A DNA stretch of 64,000 nucleotides from Trichoplax adhaerens (GCF_000150275.1 NW_002060948.1:3918759-3982758); one strand, 5' to 3'; positions 13,955 to 29,300 are shown, counted from the stretch's first letter. A program made the numbers and translations. Notes: generated from the sequence alone by a model not told the origin.

Positions 13955-15052
13955 TTAGTATCGCTTGGCCAGCAAATGAAAGCAAGATTCTGAATTACAG
14001 ATGCTTTAACTTAATATGCAGCAGTTGCCTTCTGCAGGATTAATCGTTGCGCGGCTCAGATCGATTTGTTTTCTCCTTCTAATCTACAGTAAGGTAGTCC
14101 ATAAAGAGGAAATGTAGGTGATTGAGCAGCTCCTTTTTAACTAGCATTCTATCGTAAACGAAAGTGCGATTCCGATTCTGTTAGAGTCTGAAACACAGAT
14201 GCTTAAACTAAAATCTGCAGTACGTAGCTGTCTTCTGCAGGATTAATCGTGACACTATTCAGATCAATTGATTTCCTCGATCGAATCTACATTAAGGTAA
14301 TTAATAAAAGAGGGAAAGACTGATATTTGAGCAGTCCCTATTTAACTAACGTCCTATCGCTTGGTCTTCGAATAAAAGTACAACATCCTAATTCTATTTG
14401 ACTCTGGATTGCAGATGCTTTAGCTGAATATGCAGTAGCTGTCTTGTACAGGATTAATCGTGACACTACTCAGATCAATTAATTTCCTTCATCGAATCTA
14501 CATCAAGGTAATCAATAAAAGAAGGAAAGACTGATGTTGGAGCAGCCCCTTTTTAACTAGCATCCTATCGCTTGCTCTTCGAACAAAAGTGTACAACATT
14601 CTAATTCTATTTGAATCTGGATTGCAGGTTCTTTGGCTGAATATGCAGTAGCTGTCTTCTACAGGATTAATCATTGCGCGATTCAAATTAGTTTGCCTTC
14701 TCCTGCTAATCTACAGTAAGATAGCTAATAAAGAGGAAACGATGGTGATTGAGCTACTTGAGCAGCTCCTTTTTTAAAGAGCATCTTATCGCAAACGAAT
14801 GTGCGATTCCGATTCTATTTCAACCTGAATTACAGATGCTTTAACTAAATGTGTAGTAGCTGTCTCCTGCAGGATTAATAATGAAATTAACTATTGCGCT
14901 ACTCAGATCAATTTGTTTCTTCCTTCTAATCTAAACTAAGGTAGTCAATAGAGAGGAAAAGATGGTTGAGCAACTCCTTTAACTATTAAAGTATCCTGTG
15001 ATGGATTCCTATCGCTAGGTCTCCGAACGAAAATGCGATTCTGATTCTATTT
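13955..15052. repeat. Tandem array of five ~203-213-bp units plus a partial unit, each with an imperfect ~75-nt hairpin
   Basis: Anchor CAGGATTAAT at 14035, 14238, 14449, 14662 and 14870. Shared blocks include GTAGCTGTCTT, AATCTAC and GAGCAGC(T/C)CCTTT. Confidence 0.9.
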
Positions 15053-16179
15053 ATTATTAGTCTATTAAGATCGAATAATGGCAGATTCAACGATAGCACG
15101 GTTGCCTCTGAACCATGTAAAGATAGGCAACAAATACAATGCGATCGTAAATTAATTTCCGGAGCAAAATACTGGCCAAATACGAGTATAGCATTATTAA
15201 GTATCAACGAATATCTTGTCTTCTTTGGCCTATCTTCAAAGTATTGATCACTTCATATTAAAGCTTAAATTTATATACGCTGTACACCGTGTAAATACGC
15301 GTACGTATACCGATTCATAAATTACAATCTCCTTCCGTGCATGGATAGATGCCTCTGTAACATCATCCCTCTTTATTGATACGGTAATAGATCAACAATC
15401 TAATCAATCAATGATGATTATAATGATAGTAATAATTATTAATTGAACATACATGACCGCTATAACTTAAATGCCTTTTGACATACGCGTAGATGCACTC
15501 ATTAATCCAATTATAATAATTATTAATATCCGTATACTACAAAAACGATACGTATTTCTGTAACGGTAAATAATTAATTAACCAAATAGGACTTGGCTTT
15601 TCTAACAATGAGGTCAATCAATAATATATTTAATAAACATAAATTGAGTAATTTGCTGAAACTAGAAGTTCCATTAGTAAATAATTTAGAGTTAAGATAG
15701 ACACTTTCTCTTAGGTAACAACGTAACTTAATTAAGGTATATTCAAAAAAGGCTTATGAATTCAAATGGTTACATCATTACCATGCAAATTCAATAATGA
15801 ATTGTAATTAATTCAATGAAGTGAGCGTTAATTGACGTCAAAAATCTATCATCAGTCGCATAACGCTATCATTCTATTTAGATATCCTAATCCATCTGAC
15901 AAGGAAAATAACTTGTCTTAAATAGATAATTCGATTCAACGCCTTGTTATCCGTTACATAGGAGCATTTACAATTATTAGTTGAAAAGATTACAAATTTT
16001 GCTGTTTGAATATAGATATACGATATATTGGATATTTACATTAGAGCATTATTCCTGCTCAAATAACTTAAAACTATATTATAATTATTATATAATTATC
16101 TGTTTTCCATCATATCATCTTACTGCATGGAAAGGTAAATGTGATATCATAAATTGGTTGACGGCATTTTAGCTGAACC

Positions 16180-19100
16180 TCAAGTTGCTAAATGATCGTT
16201 AATCCCTAAATATTGTAATAACGAAAAAAGTATTTCATAAGAACAAAATTTACTGATACAGCATCGTATAGCATGACATTGCTATTTTATCATAAAAAAC
16301 TCAACTAACGTTTGTCCAATGTCGAACATGTTGGGCCGGTAAAGCCATTCTTGCAGTCACAACTTCCATTTATAGGATCGCAAGTGCCACCATTATGGCA
16401 ACTACATGTTAGCCGACAATTACTACCATAACGATTAAGTGGACAATCTGACAGAAAATGGTGTTTATTGCATCGTTAGTAATCCTAAAATTTTGGGCCA
16501 AATACTTTATTATGAAAATACAACATAAATTATGTCACTAAAATTAAACTCATATAAATGGTATCAACAGCAAATTTACTTGAGACAAACATACGAAAAT
16601 TACCGTCTTCACAATTTAGGCCCGTTTTTCCAGGTGGGCATTTGCATCTGCCATCTGAATCACATCCAACAGTCGAATTGCAAGGACATGTCAACATGCA
16701 GTTAGGACCATATTTGCCGAGAGGACAAGCTAAAGCAATCACATAAAACAGTATGAATACACACATTACGGATTGCAGAGTTCCGTTGCTGAGATAATTA
16801 AAATGGATCTATCGTTATGGTAAGATTGTCATCAAATTTTTGTACGTTTATCACAGAATGGTCCCATCCAACCAGGTAGACACCTTTTGCATGCACCAGT
16901 TTGAGGATTACACCCTTCTGAATGTTTGCATGGGCAAGGAATCGAACATCGGTACCCCCAAAATCCACTACTACAAGCTGCCAACAAAAATCTTAATTTA
17001 GCGTTGAGTTGTACTTTTACCTACTTTTATCAATTTTGAACTTATAGTGTAATCAGCCTATCATCTCTTAGCTTGATAACCCTATACTAATAAATTCTCA
17101 AATTCAGATATAAAGTTACCCTTTTCACATTGTGCCCCGTAATATCCAGGAGGGCATAAACATGATCCTATTCTGCTAACACATAATCCACCATTCTGAC
17201 ATGTACAGTTGTATATACAATTTGGACCATACTTTCCTGGAGGACATTCTAATAATACAGAATATGGATACAGCATTTAATTATCAACATAATTTTCCCC
17301 ATAATCTCTCGTCTATATACTACCAAATTTTTAGTTACCTTTTTCGCATCGCTTGCCGGTACGTCCAAGGGGACATTTACATGATCCATCAATAGAATTA
17401 CAAATAGCACTAGAATCGCATGTACAAAGCTTAGAACAACGTGGCCCGTATCTTCCACCACTACATCCTTTATTTATCAAAAGGCAAAATTATAGATAAA
17501 ATTAAAATTATTATCAAGATATGATTAATTAAAATAAATAAATAGTGGAAAAATTTGGATCATATAGCCTACTTCGATTGCATGATTGGCCCATGTATCC
17601 TGGCTTACACAGACATTTGCCATCTTCACTACAATGTCCACCTGTACCACATACACAAGTTGATCGGCAATCGACTCCATACGTACCCGAAGGACATGCT
17701 ATCAATTCATTTTATTAATATTTAGTAATTAAACGGAGTCATAGAAAAACAATCTGGCCTCCAGTTACTTTACATAAAAAATTGTCATCTTTCTAAATAA
17801 TTAAATTCTATCAGAAGCAATAATACTTACGCTGATTACATGTTGCACCGGTCCAACCTCCTTTGCATCTACATTTTCCGGTTACTATATCGCAACTATC
17901 ACTATTATTACAGTGGCACTTATAATGACAATTGCGTCCAAAATATCCAACAGTGCAGCCTAGGTAATTTATCGAATTGATATTTAGATGATATATGAAG
18001 ATATTTTTATATTGTGCTATAGTATTACGTTGCTAATATAATACCACACCCTTTAGGAATTTGTTAGGGTTTTGTTCGATTAAAATTAACAATAAATCAT
18101 ACAAAACTTACGATTAATACAATCTCTTCCAAAAGTTCCAGGAGGACAGTTACAACCACCGGTAACTGGATCACATCCTTCTTGGTCTGGACAGTTACAA
18201 ATACTGTTGCAACCCTCTCCAAAGAAACCTCTAGAGCATTTGGACAAGCAATCTCGTCCAAAATATCCGGGTTTGCAGTGGCAATATCCAGAAATGCTTT
18301 TAACACAAGAATAACTATTGAAAGGACACTCACAAATCTGTAAACAACCCTTTCCGTATCTACCAGCAGGGCAAGCTGAAAGTAACATATCCTTTAGTTA
18401 TTAAATATATTTTAGCATCATCTTCCGGTATGAATGCATCTTTATTACGATCGTGTTGAGGTTATTTAGCAGAACTTACCAACTTCACAATTTGGACCAT
18501 CAAAGCCTCTTTTGCAGATACATTCACCATTAGTAGGCAAGCACACCGAATTTTTTCCTTTGCACTGACACGAGTGTTGACAATCAGGTCCAAAGCGTTC
18601 GTTTTCACACGCTAATTTATTAAAGTATACTACATTAATACTCGTATTCAAAGCTTTATAAATTATAAAGTATTACCTAATACAATTAAAGAACTGAGTG
18701 GCACTGAGTGCTAAGATTGCTCAGAGCTAATATATTTTTTTCACCTTGATCACATAACTCGCCATGCCAGCCGGCCGGGCAAATGCAATTTCCTGTTATT
18801 GGATGGCATTGTTTCGGTGAATCACACTTGCATTTAAAGAAGCAATTTGATCCGTAAGTTCCTGCAGGACATACTATCGGAGAGAAATTAAATCACATCC
18901 AATCACTTGAAAATTTCTCGATACAAAATTATTAATGAACGATTTTTTAATGATTCAAACTATTACCTTCTCTACAGTCTTTGCCATAGTAACCTGCTTT
19001 ACAGATATTGGGTATGCAAACGCCTGTAATGTGATGACAAATACTGTTCTTGTCACAATTACACTTGTGATCACATGCAAAGCCATAAGTTCCACTAGGG

Positions 19101-22100
19101 CATTCTAAATATTTTCACCAGAAATAAAGGAGGCATTAAAGTCACTTTCTTTACAATATCGCTGGAAAAAACGCTATCAGTGCAACTTTTAAAAGATTCG
19201 TTCTGCGCTCATACTTCGTTGACAGTATCTTCCGTAGAAGCCATCTCTACATATACAGATACCACTGCGGGTGCAATTAGCAGTGTTGCTTTCGTGACAA
19301 TTACACTTGCTTTGACAATTATCTCCATAGTAACCTTTACTACATTCTACAGCAAGCAGAATAAATTTCAATTTACATCGTCAGTATTAACGATAAAGTG
19401 GCCTTTAACGTAATTAATATTAATCTTATTAATGCAAGAACGCAATTCCGATAATGAAATATTCCATATCACATACCTCTCAAGCAAATAACTGATTGAT
19501 TCATTATCAACTTTTCTAATTATGAGATTAAAAATGAAGCAAAATTTGATGCTATTCTAGTAATATATTTTAAAAGTCCTTTAAATACGAATAGATAATA
19601 TGCTTGCAGCTTTAGAATATTCTTTATCAAATTTATGTAATTATATATATAATGAGAAGTTAAATTCTTATTTTCCTAATTTATTAAATTACTAGGTGCT
19701 AGCTATATTCAAATGGTAATGACACTTACCACAGGTAACTCCATCAGCTGCTAACTTGTAAAATTTAGGACATTCACACTTATAGCTGCCAATGGTATTT
19801 ACACATTGATACTGGCATTGTGACTTGCCTGTTTTGCATTCGTCGATATCTGCAGTGACATATCATGGAAATAAATTATCACCAAAGTGCAATGTGCGAT
19901 ACGAATATAAGCTTGGCGCATCTATGCGTTAGATACCAAGACATGAACATATATGATATACGGTACAAAGATACTAATAGCATACATAAAAAATGCTAAC
20001 CTATGCATTTTCTTAAATCATCAGCTAGTTGATAGCCAGGCAAACAAGTGCATCGAAAACTTTCGTTGTCGTCGCCATAGGACCGACATTCATGTTCACA
20101 ATCACCATTGTTTATAGAGCATGGATGCGGATCGCCATCTGAATGATTAAAATTAAGCCTGATTATTTACTAAAATAACACTCCTTCATCTGATTAGCTA
20201 ATCAGAATGACATTATATAGAATATACTTAGTATTATGGATAATTGGAAAATATAAGAGATGCTTAAGTTAGCAAGTGGCGCTATAAGAGTTAAAATACT
20301 GCTTCAAGAATGAAGTCTGCTACGAGGATTTAAACGAACCTTCACAAGTATGGGTACCAGGAATTAATTTACGATCAGGTATACATTTACAAGTATAGCT
20401 ACCATACGTATTGAAGCAGATATCACTGCAATCTGCTGTATGTTCTTCACATTCGTTGATATCTACAATATTTGAGTTCATCATAAGCTATTAATGAAAA
20501 CTTTTTTGATATTTTCTTATTATTGCTGGCGATGGCTTACCAAGACAAGTTTTACCATCGGGCGCCAATCGAGTTCCAGCTTGACATAAACAGGTCATAG
20601 TTCCACTAGAGTCATAGTCACAGCCAAATTGGCACTTTCCTCGGTTAGTAATACATGGGTTATTAAATTCTGAAAGTAAAAACAAAAACTAATCCATCTA
20701 AAAATCTCACTGAAGTCCAGCTAAAATTTTAAATCATCCTTGAAAATATATTTCATATTTATCGGTAGCTGAATCACATGAGCTATCGTTCAGGCCATTT
20801 GCTATGAAACTACGTAGATATATGTGGTCTACTTTTAGACGAAAATTTGTATTTTTCTATTCTTTCATCCGTGTTTATGTATGGTATATCGATGTGATAA
20901 TTACTATTGATTACTTAAAAATGAGTTTAATTCTTGTACATTATACAGATATCAACTTTTATAAAGCTTTAAATATTTTCGATTACAATTATTTTTCATC
21001 TCTACTTACTCATACAATGCAATCCATCAGCTTGTAAGATCATTCCACTTGGGCACGCGCAACTCTTAACTTTAGTAGAAGGATTATATAAACACTGCTT
21101 TTCACAGCCACCATTTTCAGTTTTACATGGATTGGAGTCTATGTTAAAATTATCGATCAATTATGTATATATTCCATATATAAGATTATAGCATTTATAG
21201 GATTTAACAAATTCATTACAGACTATAAGTAAATGACCTTATGAATATATTTTGTCTAGAAACTATATAATAATGTATTAATATCTACCCTTGGAGCAGT
21301 GGGTTGTATTATATCTAAAATGTCCATCGTGGCATTCACACTCATAACTTCCTATAGTGTTACGGCAACTTTGCTGACAATCATGGCGACTTGTGGCACA
21401 CTCATCGATGTCTGGAAAAGAGAATATAAAATATCTTGTAGCACTCGCATTACAGTATATAAGCTACAGCTAAGTGAACAGTATATACTATTAATGCGAG
21501 CAAGCAGTAAATTTCCTTACCGTTTTCACACCTAGGTCCGGTAAAACCTTTAGGACAGTCACAACCAATTACAACGAATTTACTATTCACCGACGCATAA
21601 GTACAATTGCCGCCGTTCTTGCATCTATCCTCAGAGCAGTTTTCTACGTTGCTAACTATTAAAATTTGCAGTTTGAATAACTTTTAAAAATTTTGAAATA
21701 AAATAATGAGAGACATAGAATATCAACTTATGCCCCTATATATGCAATAATAACTTGATCTATTAGATTAGAAATTACGTCAGTCACGTTTTAGATTTTG
21801 CACTAAGCTCTTAACGTATTCTGTACAGTATTATCAATTTTGTCTTGCTATAGTGTGGTAGCATTTTATTAAAATTGTAATGCGAAATATTTTCTGAAAT
21901 TGTCTAGTTACTGTAGTCTAATCGACAGATTACATTCTAGAACATGAGTACACAATCCAATTACACCTAGTATTGTAACAGGCAGGAGTATAATGAACAC
22001 ATATCTTATAGTCAGAAAAATTTATCTTTTTTACCGTATTTATCCTCTATTCCATCCCGATGACATTAGTATCACATACTTTAAAATTGTTAAATTTAAT

Positions 22101-25100
22101 TAGACTACCTAGTGTGATTGCGAAGTCTAAAGACTCCGATGCTGACAGAATAATCTCCTTATTATAGTACTATAATTCACAAGTTATATTGAAGAATATC
22201 AATAACAACACTGATATACACCATTTGCGTTTGCAATGTTTATAGCCATAGTTTATCATGAAAACTATGCTAATAAAATTAAAGTTTCAATTAAAATGTG
22301 GGTTAGCACTGATGTTCATTGGCTAAATACTATAACGACAACTTACGGTCATTGCATTATTTATGAAAATGATTAATACAGTTGTACTTGCTTCTGTAAG
22401 ATAGTTTCTTAGCTGAAATACTAGCTTGAAAGGTTATCTACGTGCTAAATTGATTTATACATAGAACTAATTTTACATAAATAGAAATATTTCTGATAGT
22501 AAACATAACAGAGCATGACTCATTATCCAAAGCAATGAAATAGGTTCTCGACAAAGGAATTAATTAATTAAAGAAATTTAACGCGCGCAGTTTACGGTAG
22601 GTCGAACGGTACCAAAGTTACGTTGTAGAATATTGTATAAAATAATCCACTCTGCGTTTAATTATCTTGCAATTAGAATTGATCCTAGAAAATGGTTACA
22701 CATTAGCAACTGATCTATATATGATCGTGCAACAAATAAGTAATAAGCATTCAGTTATAATCGAAATGACGTTCGATCAGTCATGTTTCTACAAGCGATT
22801 ACCATATTACCTGACTACATAATAGTTGACTGTAAAGCGTATTAAAATCTTTCCAGTTTAAAAAATTATCTATTAATTATCACTATTAGCCTTATCATGT
22901 CTGCGACGTAAGCATTATTATTAATGTATTAATTTTTACTATCTATGCAATAGTTACTGTCTACACTGATCGATACTATACAGTATAATAATATGTATTA
23001 CTATGTTATCGTCTTCGTTACCATATTATCTATTCGTCAATAATTATAATAAACTATTATTGTTCAATCAATGAATAGGGTGGAGACCCGAAAACAATAC
23101 TAATGTCTTAGATAGCCTTGATTAAGTTGAATGAAACCTACTTGATTATGGGGATGAAGTTAATGTTGGTTTCAATGTGTAGCATTGTAAAGACAGTAAA
23201 CCTAGAATCTCATTTCTAATGTACGTGTATAACGATATAGGCCAAAGTTATTATATCATCGATGGCCCTTTCCTTGAGGTGTATTGTAAGCATTCTATAA
23301 ATGATAATAATAATTCTAAAATCAATATACTGTAGTATAAAGTCCAGTGCTAACTCCAAGGGTCTGATACTTCTATTTTAGGCTCATTCGAGATTTAAAA
23401 TACGTAGAAATATTTCGTCATGCAAAAAATAAGTTGCATGTACAGTATAATATGTGTTATATTATGTAATTTCCTGACAGGTGGAGGTAATTAGATAGAA
23501 GATAAGATAAAGAACAAAAGGCTAGCCAGATAAATTGAGGACAGAGGGCATGAATAGGATATAAGCCTCGGGCAATCATTGCGATCACCGAGTGTTTTAT
23601 TTTGAGGCTGTATCAATTTGTGTTTAGTAATACTTTGGTTCTATTTCTCCACGATTACAATTATCTTTTGCTGTTCAAGTTATCAAATATCCTTATTGTA
23701 TATCGTACATGAATCACTAACATAATTGTACTACAATGTTACAGACGCCAATATGACTAGTGAAGTTCAAATTTCCATGGTATCATATAAGACTTAATAT
23801 TTATCTTTTTCGAGTTGATCCGATAGACCGCTATTTTTATGAAATTTCTTTACATGTTAATGAAGAGAACTGAATATCAATTACCAAGCTATTGACGATC
23901 ATAAAGTAATTGTTACCGTTCTACATTGATAACGCTCTATTTGCCGCAAGGTCGTCTCCGTTATAAACATAGAAAGCAATAGTTTTATGTTTATATACTA
24001 CATAATGATCGAGTTATAGATATCACTAAAGAAAACATTTTAGACAATAGCAATATTTGGTTACTGATCATTGCCGACAATTTTCTAAAAGGGCAAAAAA
24101 TATGAAATATTTTTCTCAGTGCCAATCTCGTTGTGATAATTTAAGCACTGATAGGAGCAAGTTACGTTAAGAAACAACTAAGCGCTAATTCTATATGACA
24201 AAGTACACGATTACAAAATCTAATCTATTTTATTCGAAAGTAAAAAAAGCTCTTAAAATGTTTTGAAGTTTTATTGTCTAGCACTGAAAAGAATAGCAAA
24301 ACAGTTGAAATCTATAAGCTATATCAATATTCTGTTTTTGTAGTATATTTAAATGATACACTTTTCTCTTTGGTTCTCGGTGTTAATATTTTTATGCGAA
24401 TCCATCATTATTATGGTATACTGTAGAGCTATATAGAACTTACGTTTACTTGTTTGACACCTTTCAATAAATCCATACTTTCCATTGAAAGGTTGGCAAG
24501 GATTTATTGAAGGTGATATCACAGTGTTTTTATTCAGATAACTCCATCTTTATCATTCTTATGTCGATAAAATGGGCAAAGGTAATATTCTAATAGCAAT
24601 ATGCGAGACGTCACCAGTAATAACTTATAGACTCGTTAACCACAAAATTAAAAGTACGTCTGAAATCCCTTACGAAACACTATAATTTTTAAAGTCGTAT
24701 ACTGTACTCGTATTGCTTAATGATAACAGCAATTTAGTAGGCAGTCATATTGTAAGAAGTATCGCAAGGAAGACCTTAGTAGGCGGTAAGTGCAAATACG
24801 TAGACGTTGAAAATGAAACTATTGAGCTGCAAATTACTACATATCTCGGAAGTACAAAACTCGACCATAAATGAGATTAAGCATTGAAACTATTGTAGAT
24901 GCACAGGCATATTTTGAATTTTAAGGACAAATGACTACACGTAAAAATTTGGCTATAAATGGATACCTATACAAAGCATCCTCTATCATTTTTCAATTCT
25001 CGAAAAAAATATTTATTTATTAACAGTGGAGGAGCTGTAGTTAGGTAGAATTATAGAACACAGAAATAACGGTCCATTGTAGATCTATTAAATTTATCAA

Positions 25101-26342
25101 GCTATAGCCGAAGTAGTTCAAAAGTTATTGATAATCCACTTAATGTCTATCAACATCTTGAATCATAATGGGGATTCAAAGGTAATCTGTAACTAATGGT
25201 AAGCCGATACTGATCGACAGTGATAGTGTGAGGACTGGGTATTTTACTTTTGAATTCTTACTAACCCCTTTTCGTACATCCTTTTTCATTATTATTGACT
25301 TGCTGCCAACCAGGACAACAGACATAAGTATCGACGTATTCTGTTATTGGTACCCAGGTTTTAACTAGTTCTTGATTTGTTCTGTGATATAAATATTATG
25401 AAATATATTTATTTCAAGTAATATAATACAGTAGAATTAAAAGGAACCATATCCTTGTATCCCTTTAGAATCGCCCTAAGTTACTTTACAAAGATTAAAA
25501 AATAAATGCATCACATAGATTATAAACTACTATTAATGATAACTTACATATTTTTCATTTCTACACACCACTGAGGGCATCGATCACTCTTAATATGGGT
25601 TCGAAATTCTTTAGTTACATTAACCGATGTTTGAACTAATTCTTGTTTTGTTACTTTTCTTCGATCTCGACAGACGTGCGGCCTAATAGAAAAACAGTGA
25701 GAAAATTACTGTTGCCGATCATTTTAAGATTATAATTTATAAATATAAGTAATATCTGATTCTAAAGGTATCGGTACGGCAGAATTACAAATGTTATAAT
25801 GACAGTAATAACCATGTAACATTTGATCAAATTAAGCATACGATTTCATTAGCTACAAGCCGCAGATTAAAACATAATAGCAGTTTTATACTTAATACGA
25901 TTGCAATGGCTGAATTTTAAGACTATCTTCATGAGTACATTTATCATATGTTGTACTTCAGCGCCCATCGTTGGGAAGCACAGTTACTGTATATTGTAAT
26001 TCAGGGAGTAGAATTAAATGGTACAGTGGTTATCAAATGACGAATGATCAAAGCCATGCAAGAAAATTGTGCATTAAAGTTTACTAATATGCTACGCAGA
26101 CAGTTCAAGATTTTGCTTGGATTGTAACTTCAATTAATAAAATACTAACATCATCATGCGATCATCATAGAAACAATAAGCTTCTTACTGCTGATAAGTA
26201 GGAAAACTAAGAACAACATCGCAAACTAATTTACTTACATCTTGGGATCCAGTTCTTGATTGCTTGTTGCTCTTTGAGAGATAACTAAAGCAACCAGGGC
26301 CAAAGAGAATATGCATGTCCTCGATCTTAGTAAAACTTTCAT
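16180..26342 (-). CDS. MEGF6: MEGF6-like secreted protein: signal peptide, EMI domain, EGF and Ca-binding EGF repeats, ~13 laminin-type EGF repeats, no transmembrane segment
   Basis: Signal exon 26342-26239 ([25 protein letters not shown]...DPKM). EMI exons 25682-25548 (PHVC...CPQWCV) and 25381-25266 (YVCCPGWQQ...KGC). EGF exons 21657-19731 (DIDEC/DINEC motifs). Phase-1 laminin-EGF exons 19346-16309. Last exon RINDHLAT* with TGA at 16182-16180. An upstream exon (~27055-27001) supplies an in-frame ATG at 27041. Confidence 0.88.
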
Positions 26343-29300
26343 GTTGCTGTCAATTAAATCGCTGAAATTCTTTTATATTAGAGAACTTATTCAATTGATC
26401 TTTGGAATATCACTTTACATAAATCTTCTTCCACTCAATTACAACCTATAACTAAATAATCAGGCAGAAAAATTAACTAAAGGACGATTGGCAGGGAGAT
26501 GTGAGTTAGCTACTGTTACAAAAACGGATACGCTAAGAAAAATTTGTAAAATAAGTTGTTGTTTAATTCGGTAAGCAAAGTTAACAGACCAAATAATTGA
26601 TTGAAACAACGATTGAGCAAGAAATTTATGCTCATTACAATTTTAAATTTCGGTTATTTGATCTTATACGTGCCATGCAACAATATAATTAATCAACACG
26701 CAGACAGGCATAGAGATTAAAAAATTAATGCACGTTGGATAGGCTGAAAAAACGATCTATCAATGAATTAATTTTAAATTTTTTCTGCATAATTTCGGCC
26801 TTTTTAACAGACGCGGTAACGTTACAAGAATTGGAGAATGTTAAGAACAAACAAGATAGTTTTCCTTCTTTTCTCCCCGATGTACGTATTTGTCAAAATA
26901 TACTTTGATCGTTTATAACACAACTCTTGGGCAAGTATTGGCAGTTTGTCAAATGATCATAACGATTTTTGAAATTTTTTCTTTAACAATTTTTACTTAC
27001 GACAACCACGACACTCGTCTTCTTGAAATATTGGTAATCATTGAATAGCACACCGCTGAATTAATTATTTCAATATGTAGCATGTAATCAAGCAATAGCT
27101 AGATTTAAAATTATCGTTTTACCCTTTACTGGCTATACGTCTTACTGTAAAGTGAAAAACCAGTAAGCGTTGCATTAATAACCGAGAGTAAATAAGAAGT
27201 CGATTATTATGTCATAGTATGGCCTACTAATTTACTATCATGTGCCAGCGTATTAGCTAAAAGATAAATTTATCCATAGGCCATTGTCTACTATGTTAAG
27301 TGAAGAATTTCTTCTTTTTAATTAATAATAATTGTTGTAATAAAAAGTTATGCGCCACATTAGATAGCCACGGTTAGTAACAAAAAAAGAGGAAGGTGTA
27401 AGATCGTCAAGATGTATAGACAATAAGAACGGATACAAAAGAGAAGAATAACAACTACTAATGATAGTTTTATTGTCATTTTTAAGAGATTGCTTATTTT
27501 CTTATCCAGTTTAGGTTGTTTTTTATAAGTCATTTTATCCTTGAGCATCTTATTATTTGACCAAGCTGAGTCTAGCTAAACACAAAGGGCAATCATAAAT
27601 CCTCCTTCTCAGCCCTGATTAGAAGATCAAATCATACCTTTATCCCAAAACTACAATAGTACTGTAATTATGGACGGATTTATTACGTAGGTGTTTCACT
27701 TCGTTTAAAAAGATTAGTTCATCTCTGTCCTACTATTTCATTAATTTGTTCCAATTTATTGTTGTAGAGAAAGTTTCCAAGCCAATGAAGAAAATGCCAT
27801 AGAGGCAAAAATTTTTGTGGGGAATGCATACGTACTATATCAAATGCAATAATTTCCATCTATCAATATTGTGTCATCAGATACAGCTAATGATATTAAA
27901 ACACTCCCGTTTTCTTAGAAATGAACAAAAACTTAATTTTAAACCATTAAACTCGATTATGATTTATAAGATGAGATTCTTAATTGTACAATAACATTTT
28001 ATAAATATAATCATCAAATTAAGCCTGTAAGTAGAATAGATGAGGAATCATCAATTAATGAATGAAAGTTAATCTGAGTCAACCAAGGCAATTTCGAGTT
28101 AAATTAACTAGCGGAAAGCTTGAAAACAGTTGCCATCATAAATTAAATTTAAAATTTTAAAGTGATTTGCCTAGCTATGAATATTAGATGATGCAGGTCT
28201 GGATTTGTGGCCTCATTTTTAGCGATCTATGGCTGAACAAAAATAATACTTTCTCTTATTCTTATTAACTGAAGTTGCAAAAATCTCTTTGAATGTTAGT
28301 GACAGAAGCTTTGTAGTCAGGATACATTCTATCGTTATAGTTATTACTGTACATTGGAGAGCTATGCATGATACAGGTTTCAATCTAATAGCAGCTCATG
28401 TAGCAGTATTCTTTGCAATCCATTGCCTTATCCGTTGAATAATATCAAATGTAAACAATATTGTACGATAAATTTCCATGACAAAGAGCCATGTGGCGTA
28501 ATCAGGTAATGTAACATAGATGCGATGTTATGACATATCTTCTAAATAGAAACAATCATCAAGGTAATTGCAATAGATGTTTCAAGTATCTGAACGTAAA
28601 TTAGTTCTTTATTTTTAATTGTAATAGATAGTATAGAGACACGTGCACGGCGGAATTATGAAATAAATTTCGAATCATTTTAATAATATTAATATTGATC
28701 TAAGTCATCAAAGAGTGCATTTCGACGTCATCTCCGTTCACTAGGTAAAATCCGGCTGATTTATTCATTCTAGCTGTTATTTTTATGTTTTACGTGATGA
28801 AATGACCGCAGCAGTAACTAAGACGATGGGATCAAATTTTAGAATAGTACTGCACGATGTTTACGGATCCTAAATTGAAAACAATTAACAGCCTCCAGGG
28901 TAGAATTAAATGGACATAGCAACTACCACTGTATAGATGTACCTGAAGGCGGCCGGTTACCAATAGTAAGTTGGAAAAAATTAGCAGGCAAAATTATTTG
29001 ATTTAATCTCATATAATCGAGTTTTAGTAATTGAGCATTGCTAATTATTAAAAACTTTTTCAACTTTTTATGACCTCATAATCATACGTTCCTCTATAAT
29101 TGATCACCTCGTAATACGAGGATTATACGCGTATACCGTAGTATGTCAATAACTACTAATCAATTAAATATTTATTTACGTTTTATGAATTAAAATTTAA
29201 CATAGAAAATTTATAATACTGTTTGTTGATTCATGCTGAGCATATTTGACTAGCCAACTATTTTGCAATCTATTCATTTAAAAGTTTACTGATCGATCAA

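Noticed and set aside
13955-15052. CRISPR-like array
   Set aside because: Whole units are homologous with no unique spacers, there are no cas genes, and the context is eukaryotic.
27360-27548. Hydrophobic signal-peptide-like ORF upstream of MEGF6
   Set aside because: No usable splice donor; T-rich DNA gives hydrophobic translations; a better signal exon exists at 26342-26239.
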